A model generated the notes under the pieces. It had not been told where the DNA came from. It did not search any database and saw nothing but the letters and a program-made list of their open reading frames with translations. Source: Paramecium tetraurelia (Eukaryota). Taken from it: 64,000 nucleotides of DNA. Of this stretch, positions 40,662 to 54,005 are shown in pieces (position 1 is the stretch's first letter; every line of letters starts with the position of its first letter). Location of the stretch: NCBI GenBank assembly GCA_000165425.1, contig CT868663.1:248001-312000 (forward strand). Reading direction: 5' to 3'. A program made the translations under genes and the position numbers.

Positions 40662-43600
40662 TCACTTAAAATTTTTTTATTAAATTTGATCCAATATTTC
40701 ATGGTTTTTAAAAATGGGCCTCTATTATTTTAGTCTATCTAGTAATTTTGATAAAAATGGTTATAATATTTTGCACACATCAACTACCAGTGTCATAGTT
40801 AATACTGAACTCATCATGGCAATAATAGCCCATCCTAATTAAATTATCTTGAATGGATCATTCTTGTATAATTCATTTAGCAAAAGCATAATATTGATGA
40901 TAAATAAATTAGAATGCTTCAATTATTTTTTGAATAATGAAAATTTATCAAGATCGCTCTTTAATTTAAATAAATGGTAAAAATAAATGAATTCATTTAA
41001 AGCACACAATTGAATTTAAAGTATGGCAGACTTAAAACAAACAATCAAAATAACTCCAAATAGCAACTTTTATACACATGAGTAAGTAAATTCAATGCGT
41101 GATTCTTTATCTGAATTTTTCTAAAATAGTAAAAAATAAAACAATAAATAGGTGACCCCTCCATTCAATATAAGACTAAATTTTCCTTCAGTTGAACTAA
41201 AATCTTAATAGATTAAAGATAAGAATGAAGATATAGAGTATTCATAAATGAGTGATTAAAATAGTCCTTTAAATTATTCACTAAAGTTATTTCTACAATT
41301 TTTGATTGAAAATCTTATAACTTTTTGTAATCCTTGCAATAGAAACATATTAAAATTTTAAATTTAAAAATTCTAGATTTTATTCATGGAGTAATTAATC
41401 CAAATCTATATTGCCAAATGTGTTAAATAGGCTAGAGCAAAAACCGTAGAGATTTAAATGAAATTAGCTAGATAATTTGCATTTCGTCCATCTTCTTCAA
41501 AAATGGCCTCTGATTTCTAAGAAGAGAATTCAAAAAATAAATCATTCGAAGGATTGAATCCAATCAAACCATAGAGATTAGTGAGTTAAATGATCCTAAA
41601 AGTTGCAAAAAACTAAATTAAGTTTTGACCTTTTCGAGTATTAATATACTTTAGGTAATAAAGCTATTAAATAGTATCAATTTGATTTTGAATTATCTCA
41701 AATTTTCCCCCAAATGATGATAGTAGAATAAGACCTGCTATTATTTTAACTTAGTACCCACTAAACTATATAAGGGATTATGTTATTTATTTTTGTTTTT
41801 CAGATAAAACATTTGGAGATGTTAATTATATCGAGATATCTTCTTAGATTGATGTCATTCCAAGTTCATTTATGATTATATTTAGGTCAGTAAAATGAAT
41901 AGAAAATATAGGATTGATTATTATTTCCTCATACCCTATGTTAATTTCAATCTGAAGGTATTTATAAGATTCTTAGTCAAGTGCACTAATTTCAGAAAAG
42001 GATACATTTGTAACTTTATTATTAATTTACGTTTTGATGGAATCTAAAAATATTGAAATTGAATAATTCTCTGATAATTTTACCTATTGATCATAAGTCA
42101 AATAAATAATTTAGGAATTATCTATTTCTTTTACAAATTTCAATTAAGGCATAGGGTGTGAAATTTAAATGCATTGATTATTAACACATTGGGTATTTTG
42201 GGATGGTTTACAATGTGAATCACAACCATCTCCATTAATTCTGTTACCATCATCACAAATTTCTTTACCAAAAATGATTCCATCTCCACAAATAGTTTAA
42301 CATACATTTTCTATTGGAATGTAGGCATAACCAATTGAGCATTCAATGCATTTAGAGTCTTCACAATATTCACAATTTTCAATCAAGCATGGCTAATGAT
42401 TCAATTCTTTAGAGTAACATTTTTGATTTAATAATTCATAGTTTTCCTTGCATTTAATACATTATTTATATGAATCACAAATTTCACAAAGATTATTACA
42501 AATCTTCTCACAATTAACACATTGATAATCTCCATCATCCAAAAGTATTTCACTATCACATTCTTCATCTGGTATTGCCAAAATTCCATCACCGCAAACA
42601 TTAAAACATGATGCCGTTTAGGTATCAAAATAGTAACCTACTTTACAAGTTTAACCATTGTCAGCACATTTACCTAAAATACATAATGGACAAGTAGGAT
42701 AACAAGAATATTTGCATTTATAGCATCCATCATATGGATCATCATTATCATCTTCACATTATTCTCTTGGTGATATTAGACCATCCCCACATTAATCATA
42801 GCAAACATTATTTATGGAATCGTAATATAATCCGACTTAATTGCATTGTGCATAACTTTCGCACGAATTAGTTTTAAATTGTAAGAAATATCCGTCATCA
42901 CATTATATACAAATTCCAATTTAGCAAACCTTGCAATTTTCGCCACAACATAATTTGCATTAGTTACAAATGATATTACTTTAACGTTTTCTATCATCAC
43001 ATTATTCATATCCATTTATGTAAGCATCCCCACATAAACTCTAACAAATGGATGTTATAGAATTTAAATAGTAATTATCTTAACATACTAAACATGTACC
43101 ATTAATGGCCTCCTTACAAAATTCATTAAATAACTTTGTAGGTTGATTTTAAACTATATGATTTAAGCTTACATCAAGGTTTAAGCTTTATAATTTGTTA
43201 TTAATAAAAGTTTGTTACTTCTCGCACAATCCATTATACATCACATACCCAAGTTGACACCTTAAACAATGACCAAGGTAACAAGTCTAACAAGTTGAAT
43301 TACATGAGTATTTACACCCATGGCAACCGTCAAATGGAATTAAGTTACCATCATCGCAATCTTCTTCTGGTACTTTTAATCCATCTCCACATATGCTTGA
43401 ACATCGATTACCAATCAATTGATACCCTTATAAACAAGATGAGCAACCATTTGTTGAGCAATTCTAGCAACTTGATTGACAAGATAATTAACAATTGTAA
43501 CATCCATCATATAGTAAACTATTCATGTCCTCACAAATTTCTTAGCCAACAATAATGTCATCATTACATAGTTCTATACATTTATTCTTTTTTTGATCTA

Positions 43601-46600
43601 AATAATAATTATCAACGCACTCTAGACATTTATTATTTACACAGGTCAAGCAAAGAGTTGTTTAACATTGGAACTTGCATACTTTACTACAACCATCAAA
43701 ATCTGTTGAATTGAAATCATCACATTCCTCAGTATTTCTATTAAAAGGATCAATTGCTAAATAGCCATCTCCACATATATTTTTACAATAATAATCAAAG
43801 GGTTAATATCCCACTTAGCATTCTAGACATTTTAAACCATCAGAACTACATTTTAAACAGTCATCTCTGCATACCCTCTTACACTAATAACATCCATCAT
43901 TAGAGTCAAAATTATATCCATCATCACATTATTCACTTGCCATAACAATTAAATCACCACAATTTTCAATACAAGTTTTTGATGCAATATCAACAATCCA
44001 ACCATATGTCTGACATTAATAGCATTATCCGTACATACATTAAGTGCATTAGATTTAGCATTCAAGCTTGCATTGATAACAACCATCAAATTATATAAGA
44101 TTACCATCATCACATTCTTCTGATCCACTAATGACTTTATCACCACAAACATTTGCACAAGGTAAGGTTGTATATTGATTACAAATTGTGCATTGTTTTG
44201 GACATTAAAATTTACAATTGTAACATCCATCATCTAAAATATTATTACCATCATCACATTCCTCATTGCCATTTACAATTAGATCCCCACATATCGGAAA
44301 GCATTAATTGTCTTAGTTTTTAAATCCTATTAAACATGTAATAGCCGAGCAAACTTAATTAAACCAAGAGATAGAATTATCACCGCATTATTTATAACAT
44401 TAATAAAGACTTGAATCTTCAATGTTTGGACAAGAGACACATATATCATTCAGTTCGTAATATCCAGTTTAACAGGAACAATGAAGACCATCTATTCTTC
44501 TGTTTTCTAAGCTACTGCAACTAAGACAAGAGTCTTCAGATGATGAAAAACAAGTTACGCATTTATTATGGCATTACATGCAAGTCCGATTGGATTTCTC
44601 AAAATAATATTCACTTTTACAATTACAAGTATTGCCTACAATTTCAACTTTGTCTACGGTGATACATTCATTGCATTCTGTATTTGATGATCCAAAACAT
44701 TTGGTACACAATACATCACAAACCTAACATTCAATATTGATATTGTCATCGTAATAACCATCATAACATAAACATTAATTATAGAACAGATATCTAAACA
44801 TAGATTATTCGCAATGGATGCATTCATTTTTCTATTGGCATTGTTTGCATACTGGATTGCATACTAATAATTAGTTTGAAAGTATTACAATCACAAATCT
44901 AATTCTATTCATCAAAATACTCATTGATTTTACATTACAACACACATGATGTTACAAAAATTTAATAAGGGTATCTACAACTTAGACATTCAATATCATT
45001 AAGACAAGTTTCACAGATCTAAGGACATTCTTCACATCTGTAGTATTAGTCATCATAATACTATGATGAACTGCAGGATGATGGATTTAGTATTATTACT
45101 GATGTATCAATAGAATTATCCAATTATAAGCAATTATTTTCATCTGTACATTGAAGACAATAGGGACTACAATAATGAACAACAATATAATAAAATCCAA
45201 TTGCACAATATTTATCTTGAACATTGTTGGTTGCTCCGTAGCATTAAGATGAAATTGATAAAGTCGGTGAAGGAGTAGTGACATTTATACTTACTGTAGA
45301 ATTTTTATTAACTGATTGTTCAGTTTGGTTATTTACTGAATATCCCAAGTATCCTGTGACACCATCGAATTTGTATCCAAAGATAGCATCAAAGTATATA
45401 GTTAATGAATGATGTGGTGAATTAATGGTATATATTTACGAAAATCTGGCTGTTGCCCAGACGTATTTTCCTCCATAAACAACATTTGTGTCTGTATATG
45501 ACCAATAAATTTCATCACCTTTTTAAAAGTCTTCACTTGTTGAGGATTCCAAAACAAAAGAAGATTTTATATTGTCAGGAACAGTGAAATCATAGAATAG
45601 TTATATAAGATATTTTGAGTCTAATATTAAAGAGTAGTTTACATTTAGTCACATCATCATATTTGATACAAATATTGTTCTAAAGTGTTGAAGTTTTTGG
45701 ACATTATTTTATGCAATTGCCATCAGAAACTAGTTTATACCCAGAGAAACATTATGAACAAATGTAAGACTTTTCACATTTTAAACAATAAATCGGACAT
45801 TGTGGACTACCCATTATTGCATATACCAAATACCATCCAGAATTATCAGATCTTAATTTATATAAATTATATATATACGTAAAGTTCCCTTTGATTGCAA
45901 AACTGAAGCCACCTTATTCTACTTTGAGATTCGCATATAATAATATAGCTCTAGCAGATGAACAACCACTTAATACTATTGTCGCGGCTTAATAGATATA
46001 AATGTTGTTCCCAATATAATTGGTACCATCATAGTAGATTGAAGAATAGTAAGTATTATTTAAATAAAGAGAAATCCCTGAATTTGTTGGAGTTGCATTG
46101 CATGTGTAAAGATACAATTACACTCCTAATGGGTATACATAATAAGTAGTATTAACTATAGTGCTAGCTCCTTCATTATATCTAAAAATCCCAAATAATG
46201 GGCCTGCTTTTTTATTTTAATTGCTCAATTACTTTGGATCATAAATAATATCCCAATTTATTAATTTAGAATATTAGAAATAGATTAAATGTAAATATAG
46301 GAAGTAAGACTATGGATATTCCTTGCAATATCTTCCCCTTCTATCTGTGTATCCAAGCAAACAATATTCTCTACATTTTGAACCGTATTATGTTTTTCCT
46401 TAAGGACATCGACAAATGCCGTCTGTTAGAGTTACATCGGAAAAGCATGATGTACATTCATTATAACCTACTCCAGTGCATGTTTTACAGGTAGGGTGAC
46501 AAGAAATATATGAAAAATGGATATTTTTAATTAATGCTTTTGTCAACGAATTTGTTAGACTGAACTTAATCTCCGTAAATTAATTGGTGTAAGGAAGAGA

Positions 46601-47020
46601 GATTTGATATGTTCTAACGTCATATTGTTCTGAATTACATGCTCCGTTTACAAATTTTAATGGATTCTATGTAGAATAGATAAATTAATAAGCCTAATTT
46701 TTATATTCGAATATCAGTGCGTCATTATTCCATTATGAAATGTAGTATACGTCAAATACAATTGTGTGATTACTTGAATAAGGATTCTGCGGGTAATATT
46801 AGTAATTTGAAATAGTGCTCATTTGTGAATCTTGCAAAATTAAAGCTGTTCCTTTTGGATTAGAACAATTTTTATAGAGGGCACTCTATGTGCTCTAATG
46901 TTTCTTAAATCCGAAAGGGCAAGTAGTATCGGAACAGTAAATCAAAGAAGGTCGATTAAAGGAGCTATAATAAACTTCCCATTAAGCAATAACAAATTGT
47001 ATTTGAAAGAAAATAAGCAT
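40662..47020 (-). CDS. Giant (~2,090 aa) Cys-rich surface protein: signal peptide, furin-like repeats, Myxococcus-type Cys-rich (CGDG..EECDDGN..DGC) repeats and a multi-pass C-terminal membrane domain
   Basis: Frame consistent from ATG 47020 to TGA 40662 using introns of 22 and 25 nt plus a probable 27-nt one; many CGDG/ECDDGN units at 42200-44300; several hydrophobic helices at 40750-41750. Confidence 0.88.
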
Positions 47021-47429
47021 ATTAATTAATCTGTATAATTTTATTTCAAAAAAGATCGAAAATGAATAGACAATTGAAAATATTCTGATTGAAAATAAAA
47101 AAGTAGAGGAATCAAAGCTTATCAGTAAAAAATGAAAATCATTCGAATTAAATTGTATAGCACATTTTTAATATTGTATAGATATATTTTCATCTCTTAA
47201 ATTAATTAATAAATGGCAAAAATAAACTTATAAAGAAAATGAATTTAACAAGACAATTTTTATAATTTTTTAATATATATAAGCTATATTAATATCAATA
47301 TCGAAAGATCAGTAGACAATTATGAATCATATTCAATCTTAGAAACAATATTTAAAATTTTTTGAATAAGACAAAAGTAGAACGAATAAATAGAGTAATT
47401 TTGACTTATATATATGAAATCTTAAACTT

Positions 47430-48241
47430 TCAATGATTAAAATAACATTCATAAAATAGTAATTATTCTTTTAATTTTCTATTCCACATTTTTTATTTTT
47501 CACCACCTTTGTTATGAATTGTTTCCTCATCATCATTTTTTTCAATTTGTATATATTCCCTTAAATTCTGTTTAAAAATAGTCCTTATTTATTATTAATG
47601 ATTATTATTTCTCATCACATAGGAACATTCAACCTTTCATTTAAATTCTAAAGCTGAAAGACAACCAATTAAATAATATCCTGTTTCATGTACTAATAAT
47701 AGATCATCCTTCTTTGATTTAGCCCAAGAATTTTCAAGAAGCTTACATTTCACATGTAATTTGATTTTTTGAACGCTTGGGGATTGTTTTCTAAGAGAAG
47801 AACTTGAATTACTTCGGTTGACAGCTCTTTAAGGTGATGAACTAATGGTTGGTGTAGGCAATCTTTTGATTTTATTAACACTGTTGTCCTAGCAGTTTCT
47901 GTTTTGACATTTAACTAATTCACTTGATTAATTTATTGCAATGGTATTCTCGGTAAACGCAATTGAGATTACTCTCTGTAATTCGCCTATTCCCTATCCT
48001 GAGTAAAGTAGTATTCGTAAGAATTGTTCCAATAACAATGTGCAATCCAAGGGGATTCATCGTTTGGCTTGCCAATAAAATCCTTCCATTCTAAACGTTT
48101 AATTTTAAAATTTTGAATTCTCAAAGGTAAAATGTTGCGAACGTATTAATCATCAGAATGCTTTAACTATGTATCTAGATTGATTCTCTGATTAGATAAA
48201 TCTTCAATCGATATGTTGCCTTAAATTGAAATTGCCTTCAT
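47430..48241 (-). pseudogene. DUF922-like (putative Zn-protease) gene with a premature stop
   Basis: LEWKDFIGKPNDESPWIAHCYW...SWAKSKKDDLLLVHETGYYLIGCLSALEFK*KV...DDEETIH...QKMWNRKL; in-frame TGA at 47637-47639; the HExxH motif reads HETGY. Confidence 0.7.
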
Positions 48242-48379
48242 TTTATTAATTATTTTTTTAACAACTAATTTCTTTAAACAATTTAAAGAATTTAATAATA
48301 ACAAGAGTAAAATCTAATGATAATGTCATAGAATAGAATAAAATTATAAAATTTATATGGTCGAGCAACAAATTATTAG

Positions 48380-49400
48380 ATTTCGTCATCATTAGTATGA
48401 CAGCAGAACTGTTAGATTTCTTTAATCTTTAAAATTTCCTTCTTGTATTCTATTAAATTAAAACAGCAGCCATATATTAACCACTGTCAAATTTTTTTTC
48501 TAAATTTGTATCCTTCGAAAATGCTTTTTCCATTAATGGCTACAGTTTTAATTTAAAAATATCCTTAGAGATTTCAAAGCCTTAATTATAAAATATTTTT
48601 ACTTGGATATAAACCCACTTGATGCCAAAAAGTCTTGAGCCACACAAATGAGAGCTTGAAAATAAAAATACATATTCTTGCCATTCAGATTATATACAGG
48701 TATATCACAGTAGTAATATGCTCCTTTAAATTAGGTTACTCCAAATATTTCGAATAATAAGAAGAATATTAGGCAAACAAAAGCAATGTTCATCTTTTGG
48801 GATAAACTATTGAACAAAGCATTTATGGACATTTTTAAATCCTCATTCTGACTATCAATCTAAGTGGCCTTAATACTCTAATGACTCTTAATATATTAAT
48901 CTTTGAAAATGTTTATGCTTGACTTTAATCAAAGGTTAAAGATGAAAAAATAATAACAACGAGATCTAATATATTGCCTGGAGATCTGATGTAACTATCG
49001 GGCCCATTAATTATAAAACCCTTACTAATTATTTTTAATAAAGCTTCACAAATAAATAAGGCTGTAATTATTTCATCAATCATGTTCAGAGTTACATTAT
49101 TCGCTAATGAAAGTGGATCATCTAAAGCTAGCAAAATACTTGAGATAATGATAATTGTTAGAATAAAGAACTCAAAATACTTTTAACTTATTAATTTGTT
49201 AATCTATAGTCTGATTTTGCTTTAAGGTGGAAATATATATAGAGATACTCCTTCAAGCAAAGATTAATTAATTTGTACTGTTCAAAATGATTGTAGATGC
49301 CATGAATTATTATGATAAATTCTTAAATCGAGTAGCAGAATTATTATTTGTTTATTATTTTGATGCAGATTTGATAACTTAAAAGGATTGCTAAATCTAT
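48380..49400 (-). pseudogene. Truncated, frameshifted relic of a voltage-gated Ca2+/Na+ channel alpha subunit
   Basis: Domain-III-like S1-S5 (FEFFILTIIIISSILLALDDP, ILDLVVIIFS, RVIRVLRPLRLI, FKGAYYYC), a 1-nt deletion near 48845, then a C-terminal IQ-like YMAAVLIQQNTRRKF; no start codon and no other domains. Confidence 0.82.
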
Positions 49401-49891
49401 TCTGGTGAATTTTATATTATATAATCATTAGATCATAATAATTAGGCCTTTTTAAATAATTAATAATTATTTTATGAATTATTTATTTTAAAAATAATTC
49501 ATTTAAATGTTAAAATATAATGAAAATATTCATAGAATAGCCTATTTTTCTTTAATTGTCTATGGATAGAGAATAAATTTTTAAATTTTGACTGAAATAA
49601 TTATTCTTAAAAATAATACATCTGATTAGAATATCATATATTTAATACCTATAAAAATAATTTAAATAAAATCAAAAACACTTTAGGTTTAATCTAGCAA
49701 GTATTTCTATGCTTTTGAAATAAGTTGGTTTTCTGCATGAAATTATAAAAAATTGTATATTTTTATATAATCTATATAATTTTGATTATAATTCTCAAAA
49801 AAAAATGATTTAGTTTAACAATAAAATAGTGTTTTTTTAAGTGTTAATATAAATGATGATAAATGTTTATAATGAATTTAAATGAACGATT

Positions 49892-50736
49892 TCATTTTAG
49901 GAGTGTTTTCTTTTTCTTAAGATCCTTTTAGTTTAAACTAAATGGGATATTGAGGCAATCTTCACAAGCACATTATTCTCCACATATCTATCCTCGCTTA
50001 AAGCATTCGCAATACTTTTTTTAGCATCCAGTAGATTTGCATTTGCATCCATAACTCATTTGCAAAGAGAGTAATTCATTTACTGGAACCTTTTTATCAC
50101 GATGGCATTTTTTATAAACATGATTTATGGCTTCATCTCTTTCTTCAGCAAACTCAGTACAATTTTTACAATCTTTGCATTAACACTCATCTAAACACAT
50201 CCTGCCACTATGAAAACAAGCACAATATCTTTTAAGACAATTACTTTGTGAGCAATTACATGGTTAGATTTCTAATTCTTTGCTATTTTCAACGTTTCTT
50301 CTTAATTTATTTTAATCTTTTTGCTTTTTGTTCCTTGATTTTTCATTCTTTTTATTTGAATTAGGCTCTTGGAATTACTAGGATTGTTGTGTTTATGGAA
50401 TTTCTGCATCATCTTCAATTTTAATTGGTATTTCAGCATTGAAAGTTGGAGGTTTATGAGTAAATTGAGAAAAATTTGATATGTGCGGAAAGAAAGGATC
50501 GTTTTGCATTACGGGATGACAGACAAACCAGCCATTTTATTGATCAATAGGTAGTTATTAAAAATTCGAATGAATTGGCTAGCTAATTTGATAAAGAGAA
50601 ATTAATACTTATTCTGTTTTATATAGAAGATAGGATAATATTAGACTCTATCTGGATTTTGGAGAGGAGGTAGAGAGTATGGTAATGGCTAATGATCCTA
50701 TTCTAATTTTGGTTGTTGAGAAAATTATGAATTCAT
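49892..50736 (-). CDS. Tesmin/TSO1/LIN54-like CRC (double CXC) domain protein
   Basis: PCNCSQSNCLKRYCACFHSGRMCLDECQCKDCKN and GCKCKSTGCQKKYCECFKRGQICGEQCACEDCLN. Confidence 0.9.
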
Positions 50737-50879
50737 TTTGCAAACTAATTAAATCAATTGACTATCGAAATCAATTTAATTCTAATATAAATGAGTGAAG
50801 AGAAAATATAAAAAGAAAGATGCCAAAATTCAAAATTTTAAATTTTATTTGTGCATTATAAAAATATTCATAATCCATT

Positions 50880-51894
50880 TCAATCTCTGTCAAATAATCT
50901 ATCCAAAAAGCTCTTTTGTTTGTTCTATTATTGGGCTGGTTATTTGGGGCCCTAAAGATATAATTAAAAGGGAAAAATACTTAAGTTTTATCTAATGGTT
51001 TAGCTGGGACAGTGGTACCAAGAGGTCTTGGTGATACAGTCTAACCCAAAGGAAGGGTTGTTGCTGGTCCATAAACTGGTGGGCGAACAGTCTAAACTGG
51101 AATGGATTAGACCAATGGTTGTTAATAAACTGGTTGTTGTTAATAGACTGGCTGTTGTTAAACAACTTGAACTGGTTATGGTTGAACAACTTGAACTGGT
51201 TGTTAAACGTATTAGACAGGTTATTAGACAACTGGTTAGGCAACAACTTATTGGACTGGTTAGACTTGTTAGTGAACAACTTATCTTTCAACTGGATAGT
51301 ATTCGACTCTTTCTTGATATCTATCAACAGGGACGTATTCTAAAATTTGAATATATGATTACCTGTGAATTTTTCTTAGAATACTTATGGAACATATTCA
51401 GTTTGGTATTCCACTGCATAATAATCTGTAACATATTTTTCTTTTGGAACTTAAATCTTTTATCTGACTTCCTCGTATTCTATGACTGTCTTTTCATATG
51501 GGACATATTCAATTCTGCTTTCTCCTTGGATTGGTTATGCAGCAACAACTGGTTGAGGTTGAGCAACGATTGATTGTGTGACAATTGGTTGTTAGACAAC
51601 TGGTTAAGCATAGACTGGTTGTTAGACAACTGGTTAAGCATAGACTGGTTATTGAACAACTGGTTGAGTGTATACTGGTTGTTAAACGACTGGTTGAGCA
51701 TACACTGGTTGTTGAACGACTGGTGCTTGGTAAAGGGGTTGTGAATATCTCAATGGGGATTGGGTAAGAGGAGGTCCATAAGCAACTGGTGCAGGAGCAT
51801 ATTATGGAGCGAAGCCTGGTTAGAATGTAGGTTATTAGTATGGACCTGGTTATGGTGCTTAGGGTGGGTGTTGAGAGGGTGGAATGTTGCTCAT
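50880..51894 (-). CDS. Epiplasmin (cortical membrane-skeleton protein)
   Basis: P/V/Q/Y-rich repeats flank the core ESRIEYVPYEKTVIEYEEVRQKIQVP...TDYYAVEYQTEYVPQVFQEKFTEYVPVDRYQERVEYYPVERQ; C-terminal KSFLDRLFDRD; two introns. Confidence 0.9.
51575..51725 (-). repeat. Tandem 30-nt repeats encoding QPVVQQPVYA in epiplasmin
   Basis: Plus-strand unit gactggttgttagacaactggttaagcata, about 4-5 imperfect copies. Confidence 0.85.
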
Positions 51895-51995
51895 TTTTAT
51901 TATTTGATAAATAAATTTATTTTGAGATTAAAAAGATATAATTTTTATGAATAAAAATAAATAGCGTCACTTTTTATTTAATTAATAATAATCAA

Positions 51996-53483
51996 TCATG
52001 AAGAAATTAATTAATTATATGTCCATTTCCCTGTTTTGTTCCCTTAAAGAGTTCCACTTTTAGAATAAAATCACTTATCTTAATTTCATCATTGTGTTGG
52101 ATTTAAATTAAATTAGATTCAATTTTCTTTTCTGACTATTCTGCAGTTTGTAAATTAATCCAAGTACCATTAGCAGATTCTCTATCTTCTAATCCGTCGT
52201 TTATTATCCATCCAGGATATCTAATTAAAATTAGTCCCTTACTTTTGAGAATACTTGATTCGACATTACTTTCTTGATATCGTATTGGAATTGATCTTAA
52301 TATTGTTTTCAGCCCCTCTCCCTACAAAAAAGTCTGTGGTATCTGTCTCAGTGTTTCCAATAAATAAGTTTAGGGACTTGTTATTATCGACTCCTTGACC
52401 CTAGAGTTTAACAACTAGTATGGGTATCTAGTATTCGCTTAACTTTTTGTAAAGATCACTAACGGTGAGATTCTTTATAGAATCAAGAGGTTCAAAAGGC
52501 AAAGGTTAATTTTCATTCATATGAATTTCATGTTTTTAGGATTGTTTCAAACTAATTAAGTGTTTGATTATGCTAAACCATTCAGGATCTCTTTGTTTTA
52601 ACTTAGAATCATATGTATGATTGAAGACAATATTAAACCAAGTAGCACTTCCAACACTAAATTTTTGATCCTTTTAAAGCAAACAAGGCTTCTATTTAAG
52701 GATTCGCAGATATGTGCCACAAATACTGCCAAGATCTTGTATTTAAACTATTTTTGGTTTTCTATTTTAATAGAAATATATTCTACTCTAAAAATTAGCT
52801 AATCCTAAACTTAATAATGGATGGTATTTAAATTAGTTTTAAAACTTTTGCATGTAATGGATCCAATTTTTAATCCTTTCTGAAATAATCATTACAAACA
52901 ATTTTACAATGAATTCGAGATATAACTCTATCTTCTGGTAAAACTATTGAGTTATTAATTATCAATTAATACCTATGTCAATTGGGATGATGTCCTTATT
53001 TTACCGAAATAACCTACCAATTAAAATGTCTACAGAATTAGTATTTTTTTGTGAATCTTAAAGTCTAATTATATTGCTAAATTGTATACCCGAACTCGTT
53101 AATAAAATATTCATGGCAGATGTTCATATTTCTGAGTTAGGTTACTTTGATATGAGGGAGTCTCAGATCAAATTATTAGTTTTATATTGGGATGGTACGC
53201 TTTTGAAGGTATTTCTAAATATTTTGAGGTTTTTCTCTAATTCTTGAACTTAAAAATACCTAGAGGATGATAATCCCAATTAAATTCTTGGAACACGAAA
53301 TAATCTTGAGTTGTCTTCTTCTTCAAAGTAAATACTATCATGTCTTAACATTGAAATATCATCCAAAAAATTGTAATGGTATTGTTCATCTCCGAATGAT
53401 ATCCATTAAAATATTGGTTCATTAACAATAGGTATGTCTTCCTCAATTAAATCAATCTCATTTTCTTCATCGAAATTCCTCAT
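51996..53483 (-). CDS. FHA-domain protein (probably two FHA domains)
   Basis: ILIGR...IQDLGSICGTY and FFVGRGAENNIKINSNTISRKQCRI...INDG....SANGTW. Confidence 0.82.
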
Positions 53484-53592
53484 TTATTATAATTAATTAA
53501 GTAGAAAATATTATGAAATTTAAAGTTAAATAAGAATTGTTAAGATCAAATGTAATTTATTAGATATAATATAAGAACTTATTTTAATGAAA

Positions 53593-53955
53593 TCAACTTC
53601 TTCTCATTCTTCTATCTCTCTTTGGAGGATCCTAAGCTTTTCCAACACAATTATCATCCTAATATGTGTATAAGTTTGGGAATGGCTCCTTCTATGTAGC
53701 TTTTCTATTCTCTTCAGTCAAATCATCTGCAAATTTCTAACTCTATATTTATTAATATACAGTCAAATGCTTTCTGGCTTAATTGGCAGCAGTTTCTTCT
53801 TTTTTCTATCCTCCCAAATTAGTTGTTGGTAAACAGGCATCTCCAGGTTTCATAGCCAGGTTATGTCCAACATCTGATTTAGTTGGTCTCAGTCTATGAT
53901 GTCTAGCTTAGATAGCTATTATGAGAATCAAAAGCAAAACAAATTTTTTTAACAT
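53593..53955 (-). CDS. Small secreted protein (~112-120 aa)
   Basis: Signal peptide MLKKFVLLLILIIAIQA; two Cys; basic C-terminus KRDRRMRRS-TGA; probable 24-nt intron. Confidence 0.7.
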
Positions 53956-54005
53956 TATTATATTAAAAACGAAAATGTGTTCGTACTCAATTAATTAATA
54001 AATTA

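Noticed and set aside
51000..51760. Regular direct repeats resembling a CRISPR-like array
   Set aside because: They are in-frame coding repeats of epiplasmin, with no unique spacers and no cas genes.
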